Positions 50,094 to 57,663 of a stretch of 64,000 nt of DNA are shown here, one piece after another (within the stretch, counting starts at the first letter, position 1; every line of letters starts with the position of its first letter). A program made the position numbers and the translations under genes. The notes beneath the pieces were generated by a model. That model was not told where the DNA came from and did no database searches. It worked only from the letters and a program-made list of their open reading frames with translations. The stretch comes from Desulfosudaceae bacterium (GTDB lineage: Bacteria; Desulfobacterota; Desulfobacteria; Desulfobacterales; Desulfosudaceae), in assembly GCA_963674745.2 (NCBI GenBank), contig CAXXDV010000003.1, positions 2,208,001-2,272,000 of the forward strand. Direction: 5' to 3'.

Positions 50094-51764
50094 ATGAGAT
50101 TACTGCTGTTTTCTTTACTGCTTGTCACATCACCGGGCATTTTATTCGCAAACCAGGCAAAAACCACGATAGAAGAAAGGATGGTTCCTCTAGGTCATGG
50201 CATCAGCGGAGAAGAGATATATGTCAACTCACTTGAAATAAGCCCCGATTTTAAACATATCGGCTATGTTTCCAGAATTGGTGGGACATTCCGGGTGTGG
50301 CTGGACGGAGTGTCCAAGAAAAGCCACAGTGGTGTTACCAGGCAGTCTCCGTTCTTCTCTCCCGAACAGAACCGGCTGGCATATATTGCCAATGAAGGGG
50401 ACAACATGTTTGTTGTCATTGATAACCACGAACATGACCGATATAAACAAGTCGGAACCCTGACGTTCAGCCCTGACGGTTCTCGAGTCGCGTATCGGGC
50501 CGAAGATGCCAAGGGAAGTCAGTTTGTCGTTATTAACGGTAAAGAGGGGCCGAAATTCGATGTGGGAATTACTAATGATATCGGCATTGTCTTCAGCCCT
50601 GATTCAAAGCATGTGGCTTATGTCGGTATCAACGACAAGGACTCCGTTATATTTGTTAAAGACAACAAAAAAATAGACAGTTTTAAACAAATCAAGCAGG
50701 TCAAATTTTCCCCTGACTCAAATCACCTTGCCTATTCTGCCATGAAAGACGATGGATGGGTCGTTGTCCTGGATAATAAATCTGGCCAAACGTATATAAT
50801 GGTCGACAACCTGATGTTTTCTCCTGACAGCACTCAGCTGGTTTATATGGCTCAAAAAAGCCGCCGCTCGATTATCGTAATAAACAACAAAGAAATCAGT
50901 GAGGGAATCGGTGTGCTTTTCCCCTCCTTTTCGCCCCATAAGGGACGGTTTGCGTACATCATTGCTGAAAAGAATAATAAATTTTGCTATGTCCTGGATG
51001 GGGAAAAAGAACTTTTAGTGGATAAACCCGGCCGGATGATTTTCAGCCATGATGATACCAGCGCGGCCTATGCCGCTTTGATAAAGGACAAGTGGCATGT
51101 TTTAAAAGACGGTGTTAAGGGCCCGGCTTTTAAAAAGATCTACGCTTTTTCCTATTCCCCTGCCAGCAATGATATTCTGTACGCCGCTGAAAATGAAGCG
51201 GGTCAAAAATGTGTTGTAGTCAACCACATTCCGGAAAAATTTTATAACTCAATTGGCGCACCCGTATACAGCAAAAATGGTCAAAAATATGCATACGTGG
51301 CCACGAACAACGACGGGAAGATGTTCATAATCATCAATGGACAGGAGCAAAAAACGACATATCCCATAATCGGGATTCCCGTGGAAGAAGTCAATGAGTC
51401 GGGGGTCAGCGCCCAGCATCCGTATTTCAGTGACACCGGCAAACGGCTGGCTTTTCCGGTTTACGATCCTGACCAAAAGAAAGCCTTCATGGTGGTTGAC
51501 GGAAAAAACCAGCAAACCTTTGACGCGGTTATGGCGCCCTGCTTTTCTCCCGATGAAAAACACATCGCCTATATGGGCAAAAAAGGAAACAGCTGGCACA
51601 TGGTCGTGAATGGGAAACCCGGCCGCCATACCTGCGACGGAATGATTCGCGGTGCAACCATCGCATTTGATCCCGCTAATAACTGCTTTTTTATACTGGT
51701 TGCCAGCAACACTGAATCAGGCCTTTCTTTTTACCGCATGGAGGCTGAGATCAAAAGCCCTTAA
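50094..51764 (+). CDS. Secreted TolB-like/PD40 beta-propeller repeat protein
   Basis: Signal-like N-terminus; more than ten FSPD...AY....VV.DG repeats; start ATG 50094 (ORF track 50007). Confidence 0.75.
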   Translation: MRLLLFSLLLVTSPGILFANQAKTTIEERMVPLGHGISGEEIYVNSLEISPDFKHIGYVSRIGGTFRVWLDGVSKKSHSGVTRQSPFFSPEQNRLAYIANEGDNMFVVIDNHEHDRYKQVGTLTFSPDGSRVAYRAEDAKGSQFVVINGKEGPKFDVGITNDIGIVFSPDSKHVAYVGINDKDSVIFVKDNKKIDSFKQIKQVKFSPDSNHLAYSAMKDDGWVVVLDNKSGQTYIMVDNLMFSPDSTQLVYMAQKSRRSIIVINNKEISEGIGVLFPSFSPHKGRFAYIIAEKNNKFCYVLDGEKELLVDKPGRMIFSHDDTSAAYAALIKDKWHVLKDGVKGPAFKKIYAFSYSPASNDILYAAENEAGQKCVVVNHIPEKFYNSIGAPVYSKNGQKYAYVATNNDGKMFIIINGQEQKTTYPIIGIPVEEVNESGVSAQHPYFSDTGKRLAFPVYDPDQKKAFMVVDGKNQQTFDAVMAPCFSPDEKHIAYMGKKGNSWHMVVNGKPGRHTCDGMIRGATIAFDPANNCFFILVASNTESGLSFYRMEAEIKSP

Positions 51765-51790
51765 CCCGGATATTTCTTGCGGCCAGATTA

Positions 51791-52570
51791 TCAATCCTTC
51801 AATTGCCGGCTGATTTCAGCGGCCACCTTTTCACCGGACAGCAGCATACCACCGAAAATCGGTCCCATACGGGGACCGCCAAAGGTGGCGTTGCCGGCCA
51901 TTCCGGTTACATAAAGGCCGGGATAGACCTCCCGCGTGTTCTCCAGGGTCAATGATTCAGCCCGTTCCGACCACATGGATTTTTCACCTTCTATGCCGCC
52001 GCTGGCGGTATTCAATGTTCCGGGGGTTTTCTCGGATACCACCCGGACCACTTCAGTAGCATGGCCGGTGGCGTCAATCACAAAACCGGACCTGATGGCC
52101 AATGGATCGATGTGTAACCCGGCCATCTCGACCGGAGACCAGTTAAGCACCAGGCCGGTCACCCGTCCCGGCCGGATGAGCACGTCCTCCACGCTGACGC
52201 AGTTAAAAACCGTCAGACCCGCTTTAACCGCCCGGCTGGTCAGGGTCGAAACAGCTTCCACGGCATCAGTGGTGTAATAATCATCCTGATATTGACGATA
52301 ACCGACACCTGTTTCATCCAGGATGTGCAGCGCGCTCTTTTGTACCACGATTTCGTTGAACATCATGCCGCCGCCCCACATGCCGCCGCCGATACTTAAT
52401 TTACGTTCATACATAGCCACCTTGTGACCGGCCCTGGCCAGATAAAAACCGGCCACCAGTCCGGACGGTCCACCGCCGACAATGGCCACGTCTATCTCCA
52501 GATTGGCTGTCAATTTTTCATAATACCGGTCGATAATTGCCCGGGTGATGATGACTTCATTGAGTTCCAT
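51791..52570 (-). CDS. thi4: Sulfide-dependent thiazole synthase (Thi4 family)
   Basis: [44 protein letters not shown]. Confidence 0.93.
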   Translation of the reverse strand: MELNEVIITRAIIDRYYEKLTANLEIDVAIVGGGPSGLVAGFYLARAGHKVAMYERKLSIGGGMWGGGMMFNEIVVQKSALHILDETGVGYRQYQDDYYTTDAVEAVSTLTSRAVKAGLTVFNCVSVEDVLIRPGRVTGLVLNWSPVEMAGLHIDPLAIRSGFVIDATGHATEVVRVVSEKTPGTLNTASGGIEGEKSMWSERAESLTLENTREVYPGLYVTGMAGNATFGGPRMGPIFGGMLLSGEKVAAEISRQLKD

Positions 52571-52573
52571 GTA

Positions 52574-53863
52574 TTATTTTCCTTTTATCTCCGAAATCGT
52601 GTTATGCAGCTTAACCGCGCACAGATCGCCGCACATGGTGCATATCTCTTTTTCTCCGGCTTCGCTCTCCTCACGGCGCTTTCCGGGTAAAACCGGATCC
52701 AGAGCAAGGCGGTACATGCCTTTCCAGTCCAGTGCTTTCCGACATGCCGACATCTCAATATCCCGTTCTATTGCGCCCGGCACGCCTTTGGCAATATCAC
52801 CGGAATGAGCGGCAATCCTTGCCGCAATCACGCCCATACGGACGTCTTCCATGTCCGGCAGGCACAAGTGTTCGGCCGGGGTGACATAACAAAGAAAGTC
52901 CGCCCCGGCAGCGGCCGCCACCGCTCCTCCGATGGCGGCGGTAATATGATCATATCCCGGGGCGCAATCCGTGGTCAACGGGCCGAGCACATAAAACGGC
53001 GCGCCATCACAAAGCTCTTTTTCGAGCTGCATGTTGGCTGCAATCTGGTTCAGGGGAACATGTCCCGGCCCCTCGATCATCACCTGAACCCCGGCCGCTC
53101 TGGCGCGCCGCGCCAGTCCGCCCAGGACCACCAGCTCTTCGATCTGGGCAGCATCCGTGGCATCGGCTATGGCACCGGGGCGCAGCCCGTCGCCCAGGCT
53201 CAACGTCACATCATATTTGAAAGCAATGGCCAGTAAACGTTCAAAATCCGCATACAGGGGGTTCTCCTGCTGATTATGGTGCATCCACGAAGCCAGAAGC
53301 GCGCCGCCCCGGCTGACAATACCGGCCACCCGATCGCCTTCTCTGGCCAGACGACTCGCCTTCTGGGTCACGCCGCAATGAACGGTAATATAATCTATCC
53401 CCTGTTGACACTGCTCTTCGATAACTTCGAATAACCTGTCCGGCACCATTTCATAAAAAGCCCGTGCCTGGCAACTCATCTCGGACGCCACCGCGTAAAT
53501 GGGGACCGCCCCTACCATGACCGGTGAATTTTCCAGAACGAGCTTCCTGACGGCTTGCAGGTCGCCTCCGGTGGACAAATCCATCACACTGTCGGCCCCG
53601 GCGTTAACGGCTATTTTCAATTTTTTAAGTTCTTCAGCCGTATCAAAATGCTCCGGAGAAGTGCCGATATTGGCATTGACTTTCGTCCTCAGGCCGTTAC
53701 CGATTCCCATGGCCGGAAAATCCCGGTTAATATTCTTCGGGATAACAATCCTGCCGGAAGCGACCCCTTCCCTGATCATTTCAGGCGAACGGTTTTCACT
53801 TGCCGCGACAAGCTTCATCTCGTCCGTTACAACGCCCTGTCTGGCCTGGCTTAACTGTGTCAT
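52574..53863 (-). CDS. thiC: Phosphomethylpyrimidine synthase
   Basis: [58 protein letters not shown]; next to thi4 and downstream of a TPP riboswitch. Confidence 0.93.
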   Translation of the reverse strand: MTQLSQARQGVVTDEMKLVAASENRSPEMIREGVASGRIVIPKNINRDFPAMGIGNGLRTKVNANIGTSPEHFDTAEELKKLKIAVNAGADSVMDLSTGGDLQAVRKLVLENSPVMVGAVPIYAVASEMSCQARAFYEMVPDRLFEVIEEQCQQGIDYITVHCGVTQKASRLAREGDRVAGIVSRGGALLASWMHHNQQENPLYADFERLLAIAFKYDVTLSLGDGLRPGAIADATDAAQIEELVVLGGLARRARAAGVQVMIEGPGHVPLNQIAANMQLEKELCDGAPFYVLGPLTTDCAPGYDHITAAIGGAVAAAAGADFLCYVTPAEHLCLPDMEDVRMGVIAARIAAHSGDIAKGVPGAIERDIEMSACRKALDWKGMYRLALDPVLPGKRREESEAGEKEICTMCGDLCAVKLHNTISEIKGK

Positions 53864-54000
53864 AATACAGCCTCCTTTTTATAGCCCCGGTGATTCAAAA
53901 GCTCAAAATTGTTTTCCAACTGTTCTTTTTTTAAAAGCCCGCCGGTAACTGCTGCTTTCTCAAGAACGATTATTCCACAACCCTGGTTTATCGTCGGCAG

Positions 54001-54030
54001 ATCTGGATTCTGACGTTCGCCAGAATGACG
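54001..54030 (-). repeat. CGTCATTC-type REP-like palindrome
   Basis: Minus strand CGTCATTCTGGCGAACGTCAGAATCCAGAT hairpin. Confidence 0.5.
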
Positions 54031-54071
54031 AATATGGAGATAATGTTTCATACCAGAAATTGCGAGTTCCA

Positions 54072-54110
54072 TCACTTAATCACCTAAACACATAATCACA
54101 TAATCACTAA
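54072..54110. repeat. 8-bp repeat array (CA-rich orientation)
   Basis: tcacttaa tcacctaa acacataa tcacataa tcactaa. Confidence 0.8.
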
Positions 54111-54279
54111 GCATTAACCACCAGATCACACGCCAAGGCTGAAGCGAATTGTCACCTTAACACCTAAAACATTAACACCCTGATATGATTGACAGTTGTC
54201 AAATGGAAAATAGTTCTCCTGCCAGTTTTTAATCTGGTCTCCTTGCATTTATGAAATTCCAGGGTACCCGGAGGGGCGG

Positions 54280-54430
54280 AACCTTTAATGCGACGGTTGT
54301 TCACTCTGATATACGCGGGTTGGATACCGCATGACTTTTCTTCGTCGCGGAGCTGCCTCTGTCTAAAATCTGGAGTTAGGCCGAAAGGCTTATCCTATAG
54401 GGTGTCCGAGGGTTCTCCTTTCCGTGGCTG
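54280..54430 (-). ncRNA. Putative bridge RNA / seekRNA (boundaries approximate)
   Basis: Segments match the target and donor junction sequences: 54399-54405, 54360-54368, 54302-54312, separated by hairpins. Confidence 0.7.
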
Positions 54431-54521
54431 CGCCCCCGCGGCTGCCCTGGAATATGATGTTGTAAATGGTCTATCGAACCTCCTGTTGATCATGTTTTTG
54501 TATTTTGCCTTTTGATTGGCT

Positions 54522-55637
54522 CTAATTTGTCAAAGATGCTTCGGATTCAATGGCGATTGCCCAGATAAAACCGCAAAGTTCCCGGGCGATAGCGGTTATA
54601 ATGACCTGCTTGGTTTTTCCTTTGGCCCAAAAATGCCGGTAGCGTCCACAGAGTCTTAATTGTGCTTTCCAGGAAATATCACGGATGCTTTGCGGTAATC
54701 CTTCCTGTTTCTTCAGTAATGCTCGAGTAACCCGTGCTCTGTGCCGGTACGACCAGGCCGCTTCAACCAGTATGCGGCGCACATGCGAATTACCGGTTTT
54801 GGTGATCGGGCCGCGCTTGATATTTTCGCCGGTGGAATATTCTGATGGCACCAGGCCAAGATAGCTCATCAGTTGATCCGGGTGGTCAAAACGATTAAAA
54901 CTTCCGATCTCCACGGTGATTATAGCGGCAGCGAGTAACGAGATGCCGCGCAGGCTCTGGAGCGCTTGAACGACAGGAAACATCCGCCATTGCGGTATGA
55001 GCTGATGTATCTGCTCGGTGAGCCGCTGAACACGCAGGCTGCAATGATCCAGATGGTCGACATATTCTTGCAGGACAATTTGCTGGGACTCATGGGGCAT
55101 TTTGATATCGGCAATCCAGCGCCGATGAGCCTGGGTCCACGGCGTACGTCCGGTATACGTAAAACCGCTACGCAGCAGAAAAGCCGACAATCGCTGCTTG
55201 CAACGTTTTTCATCCTGCTTGATATCACTACGCGCTCTGACCAGGTCTCGCAAGGCCTCGTCTTCGGCAAGGGGAACATGAACGGAAGTCAAGTCGCCGG
55301 ATCGATGCAAACGCGCCAGCATAAGAGAATCGCGCCGGTCATTTTTAATCCGGTTCCCGCTCTGCTTGGGAATCAGCGAAGGCGCTACCACCTTACAGTC
55401 AAAACCCTTGGCAGTAAGATGACGATAGATCTGATAACCGCAGGGACCGGCCTCATACACAAAATGCAGATCGGCATTTTTACTGACCATCTTACGTGTC
55501 ACCTTGTCCAGTGCCGCCAATGTTCCATCGATTTGACCATAGTGTACAACTTCACCATTACACCCGCCTTGGGCGATGGAAATATCAATACTTTTTTTGT
55601 GGACATCCATACCGATAAATATGCTATTCTTCTTCAT
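54522..55637 (-). CDS. IS110-family (DEDD) transposase/recombinase
   Basis: IGMDVHK, YEAGPCG, KNDRRDS, SYLGLVPSEYSTG, ITKTGN, AIAREL. Confidence 0.95.
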   Translation of the reverse strand: MKKNSIFIGMDVHKKSIDISIAQGGCNGEVVHYGQIDGTLAALDKVTRKMVSKNADLHFVYEAGPCGYQIYRHLTAKGFDCKVVAPSLIPKQSGNRIKNDRRDSLMLARLHRSGDLTSVHVPLAEDEALRDLVRARSDIKQDEKRCKQRLSAFLLRSGFTYTGRTPWTQAHRRWIADIKMPHESQQIVLQEYVDHLDHCSLRVQRLTEQIHQLIPQWRMFPVVQALQSLRGISLLAAAIITVEIGSFNRFDHPDQLMSYLGLVPSEYSTGENIKRGPITKTGNSHVRRILVEAAWSYRHRARVTRALLKKQEGLPQSIRDISWKAQLRLCGRYRHFWAKGKTKQVIITAIARELCGFIWAIAIESEASLTN

Positions 55638-55787
55638 GACCTGCCTCCTTGGTATTGGCTCTGTGCCAGGTTAATGTAGGTTGACCTTTAGCATAACCCA
55701 CGTTTGCAAGGATGGCAGGTCATTTCCTTCTATTTTAACTGTCAATCATTATGTCTAAAACGTTATTTAACCACTTAACCACATTCG

Positions 55788-55826
55788 AAAAAAAAAGGCT
55801 GGTCCCGCAACAGGAACCAGCCTTTT
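55788..55826 (-). terminator. Intrinsic terminator of the TPP riboswitch expression platform
   Basis: Minus strand AGGCTGGTTCC-TGTTGCG-GGACCAGCC followed by a T9 run. Confidence 0.85.
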
Positions 55827-55843
55827 AAAATACATCAAAATCA

Positions 55844-55922
55844 CTGACTGTTCCCTTCGCTGGCATTATCCAGATCAGGTTCAAAGGGTATAATCTCAGG
55901 CAAATCTGCCACCCCCGGTCAG
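55844..55922 (-). ncRNA. TPP riboswitch
   Basis: Minus strand GGGGTG...CTGAGATTATACCCTTTGAACCTGATCTGGATAATGCCAGCGAAGGGAA; P1 CTGAC/GTCAG. Confidence 0.95.
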
Positions 55923-55950
55923 AACAAGAAGCATGAGCGCTTGTTCGTTT

Positions 55951-56027
55951 TGGTGGGCCGTGAAGGAATCGAACCTTCAACCTACTGATTAAGAGTCAGG
56001 TGCTCTGCCTAGTTGAGCTAACGGCCC
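55951..56027 (-). tRNA. tRNA-Lys (CTT)
   Basis: GGGCCGT acceptor stem, anticodon loop CTCTTAA, GGTTCGATTCC T-arm, encoded CCA; 77 nt. Confidence 0.95.
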
Positions 56028-56068
56028 ATCGGCACGCGGCCATTACCATGGCCGCCAATTACGGTGTC

Positions 56069-56097
56069 ACTATAATAATCGTTAAAATGCAAGTCAA
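56069..56097 (-). promoter_or_regulatory. Sigma70 promoter for tRNA-Lys
   Basis: TTGACT-N17-TATAGT. Confidence 0.75.
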
Positions 56098-56143
56098 GGA
56101 GAAAATGGGCCTGTTTTTCACTCTGAATTTCCAACCTTAAGCA

Positions 56144-56172
56144 TTGACGATATTCTTTGGCTGCGTTATATT
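56144..56172 (+). promoter_or_regulatory. Sigma70 promoter for the AmmeMemoRadiSam operon
   Basis: TTGACG-N17-TATATT. Confidence 0.65.
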
Positions 56173-56205
56173 ATCAACCATTAATCCAATAATATCCACA
56201 GCTAT

Positions 56206-57663
56206 ATGATGAAATCATTTTTAAAAACCACCTTCTTTGTGTTGATCGTTCTCATTGCGGCAACCGGCCCGATGATTGCGGAAACCCGTGATCCGGCGGT
56301 GGCCGGCATGTTTTATCCCGGGGATGAGGCCACACTCAGGCAGATCATTTCCGACCTGACCGAAAAGGCCGCAAAATCCCGGCTCACATTCCCGGCTGAC
56401 CAACCGCTCCGTGCTTTAATCATGCCCCACGCCGGGTATTCCTACTCCGGGTATACCGCGGCCCATGCCGCCCCCCTGCTTGAGAAAAAACGATTTAATA
56501 AGATCATCATCATGGGGCCGGATCACCGGGTCGGATTTAACGGTTGTGCCATCAGTAACGTAACGGCTTATCAGACGCCCCTGGGCAAGATCGCTCTTCA
56601 CCCGGACAGTCAGGCGCTGCGGAAGAATAAAGAACTGTTTATTACCCCGCCGCCGGTTTCAGAGACAAAAGAACATGCCATTGAGGTTATTCTCCCGTTT
56701 CTACAGGCATGGCTCCCCCCATTCGAACTGATTCCGATAATCGTCGGCAACGCCCCGGTAGATGCCATCAGCCGTGCGATTTCGCCCGTTTTGGATGATA
56801 AGACCCTGCTCATCGCCAGCAGTGATCTGTCCCATTATCTGCCGTATTCCCAGGCTGTGGCACGCGACCGGGAAACCATAGAATGGATTTTAAACCTTCA
56901 GCCGGACAACCTGATCAGGAGCCGCAACCGGGCCTGTGGAAAAATACCGATTGCGGTTGTGATTAATCTGGCGAAGACCTATAATTGGCAACCGAAATTA
57001 ATACATTGCTCAAACAGTGGCGACACCTCGGGACAACGGGACCGTGTCGTCGGATACTCAGTCATCGCATTTTACGGAGGGCAGTTCATGGCCAAAAAGA
57101 TTACCAAAAAGCAGGGCGGCGCACTGGTTCAACTGGCCCGCAAAACCATTTTTGAACGGCTTGGCCTTAAAGCGGAAAGCCCGGAGCTCAACCTGGAAAA
57201 AGAACCCGCGCTTCAGGAAAACGCCGGTACGTTTGTGACGCTGACGATTGACGGTATGCTCAGGGGATGCATCGGAAGCCTGACGGCTGACGAGCCCATC
57301 GTTTCCAGCATCAAACGCAATGCGGTCAACGCCGCTTTCCAGGACCCCCGGTTTCCCCCGCTGACACCGGAAGAGGCCGAGCAGGTAGCCGTGGAAGTCA
57401 GTATTCTGACCCAACCCGAACCGCTTGGCTATAAAAACCCCAAGGACCTGCTGGCCCAACTGAACCCCAATGTTGACGGTGTCATTATCCAGAAAGGTCT
57501 GGCCAGGGCGACATTCCTGCCCCAGGTATGGGAGCAGCTTCCGGAGAAGGAGGCTTTTCTGGAACACCTGTGTACCAAAGCCGGATTACCTCCGAACGCA
57601 TGGGAGCACCAGGATCTGAAAGTCTTTACCTATCAGGTTCAGAAATTTGAGAACAAAAAATGA
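56206..57663 (+). CDS. amrB: AmmeMemoRadiSam protein B (MEMO1-like) fused to protein A (AMMECR1-like)
   Basis: PAVAGMFYP, MPHAGYSYSG, EHAIEV, ASSDLSHY, ACG; then GTFVTL, LRGCIG, DPRFPP, ATFLPQVW. Confidence 0.92.
   Translation: MMKSFLKTTFFVLIVLIAATGPMIAETRDPAVAGMFYPGDEATLRQIISDLTEKAAKSRLTFPADQPLRALIMPHAGYSYSGYTAAHAAPLLEKKRFNKIIIMGPDHRVGFNGCAISNVTAYQTPLGKIALHPDSQALRKNKELFITPPPVSETKEHAIEVILPFLQAWLPPFELIPIIVGNAPVDAISRAISPVLDDKTLLIASSDLSHYLPYSQAVARDRETIEWILNLQPDNLIRSRNRACGKIPIAVVINLAKTYNWQPKLIHCSNSGDTSGQRDRVVGYSVIAFYGGQFMAKKITKKQGGALVQLARKTIFERLGLKAESPELNLEKEPALQENAGTFVTLTIDGMLRGCIGSLTADEPIVSSIKRNAVNAAFQDPRFPPLTPEEAEQVAVEVSILTQPEPLGYKNPKDLLAQLNPNVDGVIIQKGLARATFLPQVWEQLPEKEAFLEHLCTKAGLPPNAWEHQDLKVFTYQVQKFENKK

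Larger units (their letters stand above)
54182..55756 (-). mobile_element. IS110-family insertion sequence, IS1111-type
   Basis: Perfect 13-bp subterminal inverted repeats ATGATTGACAGTT (54185-54197) / AACTGTCAATCAT (55737-55749); CT core at both junctions (54180-81, 55755-56); long non-coding region downstream of the transposase. Confidence 0.9.

Noticed and set aside
52574..53863. BzaA/B/F (benzimidazole synthesis) rather than ThiC
   Set aside because: Adjacent thi4 and the upstream TPP riboswitch support ThiC
53860..54075. 71-aa ORF upstream of thiC
   Set aside because: Includes translated REP-like palindrome (RHSGERQNP); probably non-coding leader
54170..54202. Hybrid promoter for thiC from the outward-facing TTGACA at the IS end
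   Set aside because: No -10-like hexamer at 16-18 nt spacing in the flanking DNA
54966..55679. 237-aa ORF antisense to the transposase, and the many other overlapping shadow ORFs in the track
   Set aside because: Fully overlap well-supported genes and have no recognisable motifs
55951..56027. tRNA pseudogene because of a C-U mismatch at the top of the anticodon stem
   Set aside because: All other stems, the CCA end and the promoter are intact; single mismatches there are tolerated
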